Shown here one piece after another: positions 1 through 11,765 of a stretch of 64,000 bases of DNA. Each line of letters starts with the position of its first letter. Position 1 is the first letter of the stretch. A program made the translations under genes and the position numbers. Below the pieces are notes generated by a model. That model saw only the letters and a list, made by a program, of their open reading frames with translations, did no database searches and was not told the origin of the DNA. Location: positions 372,001 through 436,000 of the forward strand of contig NW_026782484.1 in assembly GCF_031769215.1 (NCBI RefSeq). The letters run 5' to 3'. The stretch comes from Ylistrum balloti (taxonomy: Eukaryota).

Positions 1-358
1 TTAAGTAACCTGGCAGCGCTTATCCTCTAACGGTATTTTTATATACCTCTCTATAACATTTATAAATTTTCCATCACGGTGTTTGACTACAAGAACATTT
101 ATAATGCGAATATAATGATGTATTTATGCATTTCACAATCGTGAATGTGGGTCAAATATGAAGATTATATATAAAACATGTCTTAATGTTGCTATATGTC
201 GAAGGTTATTGCTATAATAAACATGCGTATATATAAATGTATCGTTACTCAGAACTTAAATAGTAAAATTAATTGGAATTTGATTTATCATATCCCTGTT
301 CCTACAGATATAAGTATTACAGTGTAAATGTCGGTAACTGAAGACCCCTCCGGCCATA

Positions 359-438
359 CGTCACATTAAATCAGTACGACACGTGGAAGGGGCCAAGGTA
401 ACAGGAAGTCACGGTACTGGCAGACAGGGGCTATAAAA
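359..438 (+). promoter_or_regulatory. Promoter cassette of paralogue 1 (CGTCAC, E-box CACGTG, ETS-like AACAGGAAGTCAC, TATAAAA)
   Basis: Motifs at 359, 380, 400 and 432; conserved in all five paralogues; TATA lies ~31 nt before the inferred exon 1. Confidence 0.75.
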
Positions 439-610
439 GGGTCAGAGATGAAGAGAAACCTCACACTCAGCTGGTAAGTTTACAAGGCTATGCCTCGATA
501 AAGTCATGTGTTTGTGAACTATTAGTGTTTTCTTTAAGACAAACCACTTAGGTTTTTATATGTATGCTATTGATATTAACTAGTGATAATTTTTATGTAT
601 TCCAGTCACC

Positions 611-1292
611 ATGAAGTCGTCATCTGTCGCCCTTATTGCGATTTGCCTCTGTCTCGGCGTGTCATGCGCCTTTGGAGCCGGATATGGTTCCGATTATCAT
701 GATTCCTACGGAAGCAATGGAGGTGGATACAACATAGGATATGGTTATGGAAGCGAATACGGAAGTGGTTACGGAAGCGGATACGGAAGTGGTTACGGAA
801 GCGGATACGGACACTCCAAGGGATACGGAAAGGGATACGGAAAGGGATACGTCTCCACCGAGACCATCATTAGACAACCTTACCTCCAGCCAGTCGCTCC
901 CCCACCACTACCACCACCCGACAATGACGAAGGTCTTTTTGGACTCGGCGGATCTGGACTTCTGTGTAAGTAATTTAGCTGTTAAAATATCTATATTTGT
1001 CTTTTTTGTATCATATTGATTACATTTCTCAATTTCCTTATATCTCTTGTTAGACCATTTACCCCTTTTCCGAGATCTACAACGGATGTATTCATCGGTA
1101 GACGTTTGTCCCAACTCTGACGTCCGCTGTGCATTGTTATACTACCTACCTGCTATATTTATAGATGCAAATGTCTATAACCATGTATTATTTTCATATT
1201 TATGTTTTGTACTTATCTTATAATGTGACCTTTCATTTACAGTGCTCGGTCTGCCCCTCCTTCTTCTCTTGAGGAACTCCAACTCCGGTTAA
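611..1292 (+). CDS. Secreted Gly/Tyr-rich structural protein, paralogue 1 (134 aa; CDS join 611-965,1243-1292)
   Basis: ATG after acceptor TTCCAG (605). Signal-peptide-like N-terminus [20 protein letters not shown], then GSGY/GKGY repeats and a PPP hinge. Phase-1 donor GTAAGT at 966 and acceptor CATTTACAG at 1242 give the C-terminus [16 protein letters not shown]. Inferred non-coding exon 1 ~463-473 (donor 474); exon 3 ends 1330; exon 4 starts 1782 with ATTAAA at 1859. Composition resembles shematrin/prisilkin-class matrix proteins, but no orthology is claimed. Confidence 0.9.
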
Positions 1293-1964
1293 ACTCCTGA
1301 CTCTTCTTACTATAGAAGCAACTCTGTGATGTAAGTATATATATCTCCGTAAGAGTCAACGATCAAATTATGCTTTGAATATAAGTTTTCCACTTCAAAA
1401 GATCTACCATATATTTTTAGTAATTAAAGAACGGCGAAATTTTGTTTAGAATAACAATCAAAAGATAGAATATTGAAAAAGAAGACTGCTTATTTAGGCC
1501 GTTCAAAGGGGTATGCATTTATGAGTCTTCTTTCAGTTCTAGAATGAATCAATGTATACAATTACACGGGATGAAAGCTTATCTAGCAGAAAAAAACTAG
1601 AAATGAAAATAAAAACTACTTCCTGCCTTGTACAGTACAATACAGTGCTTATATCGAAAAAAATAAACGTCTTCTTTTTCTCTTTTGTGATTATTTTCCA
1701 AGAGTGTGGCACAAATGTTCTGATCATCATCTTAGTTTTTAAATTTCGATTGTCTAAACTGTGTTTTTCTTTCCTTTCCAGACATCGCGCAATATTGACA
1801 GTTGTTACCAGTTCGTCTGTGTGGATCTTATTTGTATGCTTGTACTATTGTTACGTTGATTAAAAAACAATTAAGAAAAACAACAGTGTTTTATTTCTCA
1901 TTTCATATGGTATTGGCGATTCAACAATTACGTCAGTTTGAATGACAAAAAGTATAGTCGGTGG

Positions 1965-2090
1965 TTAACTGAAAAAGGCACATTGACTGATGAGTCAGTA
2001 GACGCATTGACTGATGAGTGAAATGACACATTAAATAAGGAGTGAAAAGATAAATTCATTGACGAGTGAAAAGACAAAGATCAATGATAG
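1965..2090. repeat. ~24-bp tandem repeat GACACATTGACTGATGAGTGAAAA (also ~7725-7860 and ~13990-14160)
   Basis: Direct repeats just downstream of exon 4 in each duplication unit, with variable copy number. Confidence 0.75.
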
Positions 2091-2781
2091 CTGCACGCGA
2101 CGAGATATTTGGACGGTAGATGAGATTTACGAATGATTATAATGCCATATGACTTTCTAAAAGTTATTCATTGGTTAAGGAAGCACCACACAATAATGAA
2201 CATATATTGATACATTTGAGTTCATTCCTTGATCATTTAATATTTTTGACCGTATTTCTCATTTCATCTTTACTCATTATCTTGTCAGAGTAACCCCCCC
2301 CCCAAAAAAAAAAAAAACAAAAAAACAAAAAAAACACCCAAACAAAACAAAAAAAATGACGTATTGAAGACCTCGTCACGTGATAATGAACACATGACAC
2401 ATAAAGTAGTAACTGCCCTTTTCAAAACGTATGTCCAATCATAATATTAAACGTTAGTGTTGGATATTTATCATAACTATTTTAGCACAAGCAAACCAAA
2501 CACATTAGGACCACTTTTATTCTTGTTTATTGAATTCAGGCGGATGATTTTCATTAGCATTTCAATAATACAGCCAATCAGGGTCATGATATCATATTTC
2601 TTGTTTAAGTAGGTCACACTGTTAATTGTCGCTTTTGTTTCAATAATACCATCAATAAGGGTCATGATGCAATGTTTCTTGTTGATGTAGGTTAAACTGT
2701 TATTTGTTACTTGGATTTTGATAATACCACCAATCAGAGTCATCAAGGCATATGTTTAGTTTATGTAGGTCAGGTGGTTAT

Positions 2782-3873
2782 TTGTTGCGGTTTGGTAAAA
2801 ATGGTTGACTTATATTACGGATTGAAAATTAAACAGATAATTCCTTACGTTATTACTCAATAACGATCTTATGAATATTAAGTTTGATCGATGATTATGA
2901 AAGTCTTTTCAATTCGACAGTTTTCGAAATAACACTGGACCTGTATTAATCATTCTTATCGTATATAGTTTTACACCTTAGAAAGTGGCGAGTAGTGGTG
3001 CCTCAGGCAACAAAAGTTTACCTGTATACGGGTATATACGTTACAGGTCTGAATCCGTAAACAATGTTTGAGATTTACCTGATCATATATACATAATGTT
3101 TTTTACAAAATAAATGAAAAATGAGACTAATACAGAAGTAATAAAAAACATTCCTTTCTGACGTTATCAGATTTTAAATGATCCATTCTGTATCATAAAG
3201 AAACGTCCATTTAATGTTTACATATAAAATATATGGGTGGGGTATGTTGTTCTAAAAATTACTTTTAATTTGTTAGAACACCATGGTGGTTTTTGATCCC
3301 CAACTTAGGACCAAATGTCTTCTTATGTAAAATTTGTGTTCATGCTTGAAACTCTTATGTTTCAAGTTCGTCGTTTATATAGTAATAAACGGCCAATTTC
3401 AATCATAGCTGATCTTTTGTCTTGTCTTTTATGCTTATACATTTGGTCCAACTTGCTTGCCCTCACGTCTGTCATGTATGAATATATATACAATATGTGT
3501 CTGTACACAAAAGCTGATTACGTATAACTCTATGTACACAAATCACTTCACATTATAAGTATATCTTACTATTTAGTGTGTATATATCTACAAGTGTTCG
3601 ACCTATATACTAATGACTTAATCAGGAAATATACTTTGTACTTATATATACTTATGTGTTTATATATATTTTGAAAAAATAAATAACCCCTATCCCACAC
3701 TTATTTATAAGTCATTTCTAAATTTATATCAACCACGATAGAATCGCACATTTCTGCGATAGAACTGCACAAAGTGCGATAGCTTAGATTGTCAAGTTTT
3801 CCTATCGTGCCCACATCGTACAGACATCGTGCGCATATCGCACATAATGTAAATTTGTGCTATCCCACAACTG
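2782..3873. mobile_element. Non-autonomous TA-flanked (Tc1/mariner-type) MITE, right part
   Basis: Ends ...TTGTGCTATCCCACAACTG then TA (3874-3875). The reverse complement matches the terminus at 8620 in unit 2 at 15/19 nt. The satellite resumes in register after the TA. Confidence 0.6.
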
Positions 3874-4104
3874 TATTTGTTACTAGTATTTCAATGATAA
3901 CACAATCAAGGTCATGATGTCATATACATTGTATCTAGTTTGTCTAGATGGATCTGTTAATTGTTAAAAGTATTTCAATTATAAACCCATCAGGGTCACA
4001 GTATCATTTTTCTTAGGTCAGGTTGTTAATAGTTGCTAGTATTTCAATTATATAACCAATCAGTTACATGGATAGGATGGTTATGAGTACCAATGTTATG
4101 AAAG

Positions 4105-4600
4105 TCAGATTAAGTGGCAGTAAGGTGTCGATTGCGCAAATGCGCGAGACGAATAAACTTGTACTGACATTGTAACGTCACGCGCAGACGCCGAGACATA
4201 GGTCTGTCAGCAACTCGCCCAGTTTCCCTTAGACATCTAACAAGACGTTCTATACTGCAAATATTGACACTGAGACGTCTGGCAACCTGTATTTGCCTTT
4301 GACCTTGCATAACCATCGCAATGGCCTGACCCCTCTGAACCTCCGTCAGCCTTGCCATTGTTTTATGCTTTCAGAAATTAATCAAAATATCGGAAAATGT
4401 CTATATGAAGACTACCTAATTGTATGACGCGCAATGTAACCCAATGTCACAACACTGATGTGCACGAGATTTTCGTACTTTCCTCGGAAGACATCGTCAC
4501 ATCATACAATAATGCGACGTTCAATACAGGACTACGTGCACTGTAACCTAAAGAGTTTCTTTACCGATTTTCATTGCTTTGTTTAACAACTCGCTCGCAG
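4105..4600 (-). mobile_element. Tc1-family transposon remnant: 5' end and N-terminal HTH region
   Basis: ORF 4110-4358 MARLTEVQRGQAIAM...VARRL...RETGRVADRP resembles a Tc1/Tc3 paired-HTH region; terminus abuts TA at 4601-4602. Confidence 0.8.
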
Positions 4601-5849
4601 TATATTTTTAGTGTATGTAGTACAGGCAGTCATTTGTTGCTAATAATTCAATTATACCACTAATCAGAGCCATGATATTATATTTCTTGTTGATGAAGGC
4701 AAGGGTGTTAAATGTCGCCTTTGTTTTAATAATACCACTTATCAGGTCATGATGTAATATTTCTTGTTGAAGTAAGCCATACTGTTAATTATTTCAGGTA
4801 TTTCAATAATAACATCCACCAGAGTCGTGATGTCAGATTTCTTGTTGAAGTAGGTCAGACTGAAAATTGTTACCAATAGTTTGATGATGCTACCAATCGG
4901 TGTCATGGTATCATATTGCTAGTTTATGCAGGCCATGCTGTTATTAGTTACTTATACTTCAATACTAAAAGAATCATTGTAATCGTGTCGTATTTCTCTT
5001 TTATGTAGGTTATGCTGTTAATTCTTAATAGTGTTTCAATGATGCCACCAATCAGTGTTATGATGTCATATTTCTTTAAAAATCCCATCATACATTTTAC
5101 TAACATAAACATATAAACACTGTAAAAAAATACAGAAAAAAATCACAGAGCCGAATATTTTAAATAAATCTCACGTGATTGAACAGTACAGCTAGTAATC
5201 CAACACCAGTAAACAAAAGTGTAACACAGATGGGGGAACCTTATTACAGCTAGTGATCCCAAAACATCAAACAAATGTCTAACACATCGTGGTGTAGAGG
5301 GGTTCTCAGGTAAATATCCAATGGAAACGTCTGAGGTGTAAAAACGATAGTACAAAAGACACATAATTGAGAAGAGCATTAGAATTAGATATAGAAGTGT
5401 CAAATAATTACCTATACTGCACCATACAGCTGTTTCGTCCTTCTAGGATCCGTCAATGATGCTGGGGGCTTTTAAGTACACTAATAAAATCACTATGTAG
5501 CGAGTTTGGTATGACAAGCTATAAAGAGTGGAAATTTACAATGTGACTCTTTCACTGTAATATTTATAGTTAAATAAAACAAATTTGTGACAGATGTGTT
5601 TACTATTGATATCATGTCGTATTGATGCATTACACAGTCGTGAATATAAAAAAAATTGAAAAAAATAACTCAATATTGCTATATGTCGAAGGTTATTGCT
5701 ATAATAAACATGCGTATATATAAATGTATCACTACTCAGAACTTAAAAAAGTAGTAAAATTAATTTGCATTTGATTCATCATATCCCTGTTCCTACAGAT
5801 GTAAGTATTACTGTGTAAATGTCGGTAACTGAAGACCGTTCCGGCCATA

Positions 5850-5929
5850 CGTCACATTAAATCAGTATGACACGTGGAAGGGGCCAAGGTAACAGGAAGT
5901 CACGGTATTGGCAGACAGGGGCTATAAAA
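5850..5929 (+). promoter_or_regulatory. Promoter cassette of paralogue 2
   Basis: Motifs at 5850, 5871, 5891 and 5923. Confidence 0.75.
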
Positions 5930-6191
5930 GGGTCGGAGATTAACAGAATCTTTACACTCAGCTGGTAAGTTTACATGGCTATGTCTCGACAAAGTAATGT
6001 GTTTGTGAACTTAAGTGAATTTAAGTTTAATGGATCAGATGTTAAGATACATTATTTTATATTTACAATTGGTTAATTTAAGTCAAATGGATGTGGTGAT
6101 TATAACTGTTTTCTTTACCACAAATAACTTAGGTTTTTATATGTATGCTATTGATATTAACTAGTGATAATGTTTATGTATTCCAGTCACT

Positions 6192-6841
6192 ATGAAGTCG
6201 TCATCTGTCGCCCTTATTGCGATTTGCCTCTGTCTCGGCGTGTCATGCGCCTTTGGAGCCGGATATGGTTCCGATTATCATGATTCCTACGGAAGCATTG
6301 GAGGGGGATACAACATGGGATATGGTTATGGAAGCGGATACGGAAGTGGTTACGGAAGCGGATACGGACACTCCAAGGGATACGGAAAGGGATACGTCTC
6401 CACCGAGACCATCATTAGACAACCTTACCTCCAACCAGTCGCTCCCCCACCACTACCACCACCCGACAGTGACGAAGGTCTTTTTGGACTCGGCGGATCT
6501 GGACTTCTGTGTAAGTAATTTAGCTGTTAAAATATCTATTTTTGTCTTTGTTGTTTCATATTAATTACATATCTCGATTTCCTTATATTCCTTGTTAGAC
6601 CATTTACCCCTTTTTCCGAGATCTACAACGGATGTATTCATCGGTAGACCGTTTGTCCCAACTCTGACGTCCGCTGTGCATTGTTATACTACCTACCTGC
6701 TATAGACATCGGTGCAATGGTATATAACTATGTATTATTTTCATATTTATGGGTTTTTTTTTTATTTTATAATGTGACCTTTCATTTACAGTGCTCGGTC
6801 TGCCCCTCCTTCTTCTCTTGAGGAACTCCAACTCTGGTTAA
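6192..6841 (+). CDS. Secreted Gly/Tyr-rich protein, paralogue 2 (122 aa; join 6192-6510,6792-6841)
   Basis: Same exon plan: exon 1 ~5954-5964, exon 2 6187-6510 (donor GTAAGT), exon 3 6792-6879, exon 4 from 7538, ATTAAA at 7615. Frame intact. Confidence 0.9.
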
Positions 6842-8619
6842 ACTCCTGACTCTTCTTACTATAGAAGCAACTCTGTGATGTAAGTATATCTAACTCCACA
6901 AAAGTCAACAATCAAATTATGCTTTGAATTGATTATCATCGTTTTATGGCCGTCATATAATTGTTAAGTCAATTCTGCACAAGTGTCTCTTGATATTGAT
7001 TTTTGCTCAATAGTGATTGACCCCTTACGTCGTTTTCCACTTGAAAAGATCTACCATAATATTTTAATTATTGAAGAACAGCGAAAATTTGGTTAGAATA
7101 ACACTGTTAAAAGATAGAATATTGAGAAAGAAGACTGCTCATTTAGGCCGTTCAAAGGAGTATACATTTATGAGTCCTCTTTCAGTTCTAGAATGAATCA
7201 GTGTATACAATTACACGGAATGAAAGCTTTAATCATCATTTTTGTCTTACTGTGAAACATGTCAATCATTAGTTGCGTGAATGTGACCTAGTTTATTATT
7301 TTTTTGACGTTTAAGCTTAATTATAGGATCTGGTACTTATCTAGCAGAAAAAACTAAAAATGAAAATAAAAACTACTTCCTGCCTTGTACAGTACAATAC
7401 AGTGCTTATATCGAAAAAATAAACGTCTTCTTTTTCTCTTTTGTGATTATTTTCCAAGAGTGTGGCACAAATGTTCTGATCATCATCTTAGTTTTTAAAT
7501 TTCGATTGTCTAAACTGTGTTTTTCTTTCCTTTCCAGACATCGCGCAATATTGACAGTTGTTACCAGTTCGTCTGTGTGGATCTTATTTGTATGCTTGTA
7601 CTATTGTTACGTTGATTAAAAAACAATTAAGAAAAACAAGTGTTTTATTTCTCATTTCATATGGTATTGGCGATTCAACAATTACGTCTGTTTGAATGAC
7701 AAAAAGTATAGTCGGTGGTTAACTGAAAAAGACACATTGACTGATGAGTCAGTAGAAGCATTGACTGATGAGTGAAAAGACACATTAAATAAGGAGTGAA
7801 AAGATAAATTGATTGACGAGTGAAAAGACATGAACTGGGGAGTGAAAAGACACACTGTACAAAGATCAATGATAGCTGCACGCGACGAGACACAGACGGA
7901 AGATGAGATTTACGAATGATTATAATGCAATATGACAAGTCTTTCTAAAAGTTATTCATTGGTTTAGGAAGCACCAAACAATAATGAACATATATTGATA
8001 CATTTGAGTTCATTCCTTGATCATTTAATATTTTTTTACCGTATTTCTCATTTCATCTTTACTCATTATCTTGTCAGATTACCCCCCCCCCCCCAAAAAA
8101 AAAACAAACAAACAAAACAAAACAAAAAAACATTACTTATTGAAGACCTCGTCACGTGATAATGAGCACATGACACATAAAGTAGTAACTGCCCTTTTCA
8201 AAACGTATGTCCAAACATAATATTAAACGTTAGTGTTGGACATTTATCATAACTATTTTAGCACAAACAAACCAAACACATTAGGACCACTTTTGTTCTT
8301 GTTTTTTTTTAATTCAGGCAGATAATTTTCACTAGCATTTTAATAATACAGCCAATCAGGGTCATGATATCATACATGTATTTCTTATTGAAGTAGGTCA
8401 CACTGTTAATTGTTGCTTTTGTTTCAATAATACCATTAATAAGGGTAATGATGAAATGTTTCTTGTTGATGTATGTTAAGCTGTTATTTGTTACAAGGAT
8501 TTTGATAAGTCATGTTTTTAGTTTATGTAGGTCAGGTAGTTATTTGTTACTAAAAATTCAGTAATACAACGAATTAAGGTCATGGTATCATTTTCTTGTT
8601 GATGTAGGTCAGGTTGTTA

Positions 8620-9410
8620 CAGTTATGGTAACGCACAACGCCCTGAAATCATCGTGCTAACATACGTAGGATACAGTATCGTACGCACAGCTCTGCGATA
8701 GGATTGCACATTTAGTGCGGTTTGGTAAAAATGGTTGACTTATATAACGGATTGAAAATTAAACAGATAATTCCTTACGTTATTACTCAATAACAATCTC
8801 ATGAACATTCAGTTTGATCGATGATTATGAAAGTCATTTTCAATTCGACAGTTTTCGAAATAACACTGGACCTGTATTAATCTTTCTTAACGTATATAGT
8901 TTGACACCTTGGAAAGTGGCGAGTAGTGGTGCCTCAGGCAACAAAAGTTTACCTGTATACGGGTATATACGTTACAGGTCCGGATCCGTAAACAATGTTT
9001 AAGATTTACCTGATCATATATACATAATGTTTTTGACAAAATGAATGAAAAATGAGACTAATACAGAATAAAAATAAACATTCCTTTCTGACGTTATCAG
9101 ATTTTAAATAATTCACTGCTGTATCATAAAGAGACGTCCATTTAATGTTTACATATAAAATATATGGGTGGGGTATGTTGTTCTAAAAATTACTTTTAAT
9201 TTGCTAGAACACCATGGTGGTTTTTGATCCCCACCTAGGATCAAATGTCTTCTTATGTAAAATTTTGTTCATGCTTGAAACTCTTATGTTTCAAGTTCGT
9301 CATTTATATATTAATAAACGGCCAATTTCAATCATAGCTGATCTTTTGTCTTGTCTTTTATGCTTATACATTTGGTCCAACTAGCTTGCCCTCACGACGG
9401 TCATGTATAA
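8620..9410. mobile_element. Same MITE in duplication unit 2, left part
   Basis: TA (8618-8619) then CAGTTATGGTAACGCACAA; internal sequence 8718-9410 aligns with 2782-3480. Confidence 0.6.
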
Positions 9411-9751
9411 ATGATAATTAAAATGACATTTTAATGTACTATATACATGCAAGGAGTTGTTGTCATGTGGTTTATATTTGGTAAATAATATTAAACACTT
9501 GGTATGAATTTTAACAATTGAAATTTCGCGGCCTTTGGTTTTGATGCGGAAGGGGGAAAGGATGTGATGAGCATGCGCATCAAGTCATTACCAGACAAAG
9601 AAACAAAGGGAAAAGATAGATACAGCAGGTCAGTCAGTGTTTTGAGTGTTTTGTTTAAGTAAAAAATAAGATTAATCCATACAGAACAAACTGTAAAATC
9701 AACGATTTTTACCTGGTAAGTGATTAAGGAGTAATTGAAGGGAATTGAAAA

Positions 9752-10401
9752 ATATGGAGTCGAGCATTATTCTGCTGGAATGTGAGGTTGTTTTGCTGCA
9801 ATAATGGGACGACATGGGGTCGGAGGTTCCCATCTCTATACCTAGCGACAGTTAAGTTTTCTGCTACTACAACCGATCCACACCCAAAACCTATCCGTCT
9901 CTACTACGCAGCAGTCGGCAAAACGTTCGCCATGACGTCGGTATACATGGCGTCGACCGTCTGCTCGAAACAGGGTGAACCGGGACTCATCAATAAACAA
10001 GACCCGCCTCCACTGCCTCCATGGTAATATTCTAGGGGCATGTGCCCAGTTTCCCTTAGACGTCTAACAAGACGTTCTATACTGCACATATTGACACTGA
10101 AACGTCTGGCAACCTGTATTTGCCCTTGACCTTGCATAATCATCGCACCGACCTGACCCCTCTGAACTTCCGTCAGCCTTGCCATTGTTTTATGCTTTAT
10201 GAACACTACCTAATGGTATGACGTACAATGTAACCCAATGTCACAACACTGCTGTGCACGAGATTTTCCCGTTTCGTGCTTTCCCCGGAAGGTATCGTCA
10301 CGTAATACAATAATGCGACATTCGATACAGGACCACGTGCACTGTAACCTAAAGAGTTTCCTGACCGACTTTCATTGTATTGTTTAACAACGCGGTCGCT
10401 G
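9752..10401 (-). mobile_element. Tc1-family transposon remnant: 5' end, partial HTH and DDE fragments
   Basis: Terminus CAGCGACC after TA (10402-10403); same HTH as 4110-4358. Minus-strand translation of ~10020-9755 gives WRRVLFIDESRFTLFRADGRRHVYRRHGERFADCCVVETDRF and RYRDGNLRPHVVPLLQQNNLTFQQNNARLH, matching Tc1 catalytic motifs. Confidence 0.85.
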
Positions 10402-11685
10402 TATATTTTTAGTTTATGTAGTACAGGCAGTTATTTGTTGCTAATAATTCAATTATACCACTAATCAGAGCCATGGTATCATATTTCTTGTTGATGAAGG
10501 TCAAGATGTTAATTGTCTTGTTGAAGTAAGCCATGCTGTTAATTATTTCTAGTATTTCAATAATAACATCCACCAGAGTCGTGATGTCAGATTTCTTGTT
10601 GAAGTAGGTCAGACTGAAAATTGTTACCAATAGTTTGATGATGCTAACAATCAGTGTCATGGTATCAAATGCTAATTAATGTAGGTCTTGCTGTTATTTG
10701 TTAATTATATTTCAATAATTAAAATCATTCTAATGGTGTCGTATTTCTCTTTTATGTAGGTCATGCTGTTAATTATTTATAGAGTTTCAATGATGCCACC
10801 AATCAGTGTTATGATGTCATATATTTTTTAAAAATTCCATCATACATTTTACTAACCTAAACATATAAACACTGAAAAAACACAGAAAAAAATCACAAAC
10901 CGAATATTTTAAATAAATCTCACGTGATTGAACAGTACAGCTAGTAATCCAACACCAGTAAACAAAAGTGTAACACAGATGGGGGAACCTTATTACAGCT
11001 AGTGATCCCAAAACATTAAACAAATGTCTAACACATCGTGATGTAGAGGGGTTCTCAGTTTAATATCCACTGGAGAAGTCTGAGGTGTAAAAACGAAAGT
11101 ACGAAAGACACATAATTGAGAAGAACATTTTTGTGCAATCTAGAATTAATAATTACCTAAACTGCATCATACAGCTGTTTCGTCCTTCTAGGATTCGTCA
11201 ATGATGCTGGGGGCTTTTAAGAACACAAATAAAATCACTATATAGCGAGTTTGGTATGACAAACTATAAAGAGTGGAAATTTACAATGTGACTCTTTCAC
11301 TGTAATATTTATAGTTGAATTTGAAATAAAACAAATTTGTGACAGATGTGTTTACTATTGATTTAAAAGTTTATTTTAATTAACAATGATGTTATATCAC
11401 GATGTAAACAACTCATTTGGCACCAAGAACATTTATAATGCGTATATAATGTTGCATTGATGCATTACGCAATCGTGAATATAAAGATAATATGTAAAAA
11501 TAACTCAATATTGCTATATGTCGAAGGTTTTTGCTATAATAAACATGCGTATATATAAATGTATCACCACTCAGAACTTAAAAAAAGTAGTAAAATCAGT
11601 TTGAATTTCATTCATCATATCCCTGTTCCTACAGATGTAAGTATTACTGTGTAAATGACGGTAACTGAAGACCCCTTCGGCCATA

Positions 11686-11765
11686 CGTCACATTAAATCA
11701 GTATGACACGTGGAAGGGGCCAGGGTAACAGGAAGTCACGGTACTGGCAGACAGGGGCTATAAAA
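11686..11765 (+). promoter_or_regulatory. Promoter cassette of paralogue 3
   Basis: Motifs at 11686, 11707, 11727 and 11759. Confidence 0.75.

Larger units (their letters stand above)
2540..5065. repeat. Degenerate ~80-bp satellite-like array interrupted by a MITE and a Tc1 element (paralogous region ~8330-10815)
   Basis: Recurring TTTCAATAATACCACCAATCAGGGTCATGAT...TTCTTGTTGATGTAGGTCAGG..GTTATTTGTT blocks at 2540-2780, 3876-4075 and 4605-5065. Confidence 0.7.

Noticed and set aside
662-1019. Alternative-frame and antisense ORFs overlapping exon 2 (also near 6217, 11974, 21211 and 28626)
   Set aside because: They are by-products of the GGA-TAC-GGA-AGT repeat, which lacks stops in other frames. 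The +1 frame is closed in copy 5 and starts differ between copies.
9443-9465. Possible distal TIR of the Tc1 remnant (TACATGCAAGGAGTTGTT)
   Set aside because: It matches the 5' terminus only with gaps; not distinguishable from chance.
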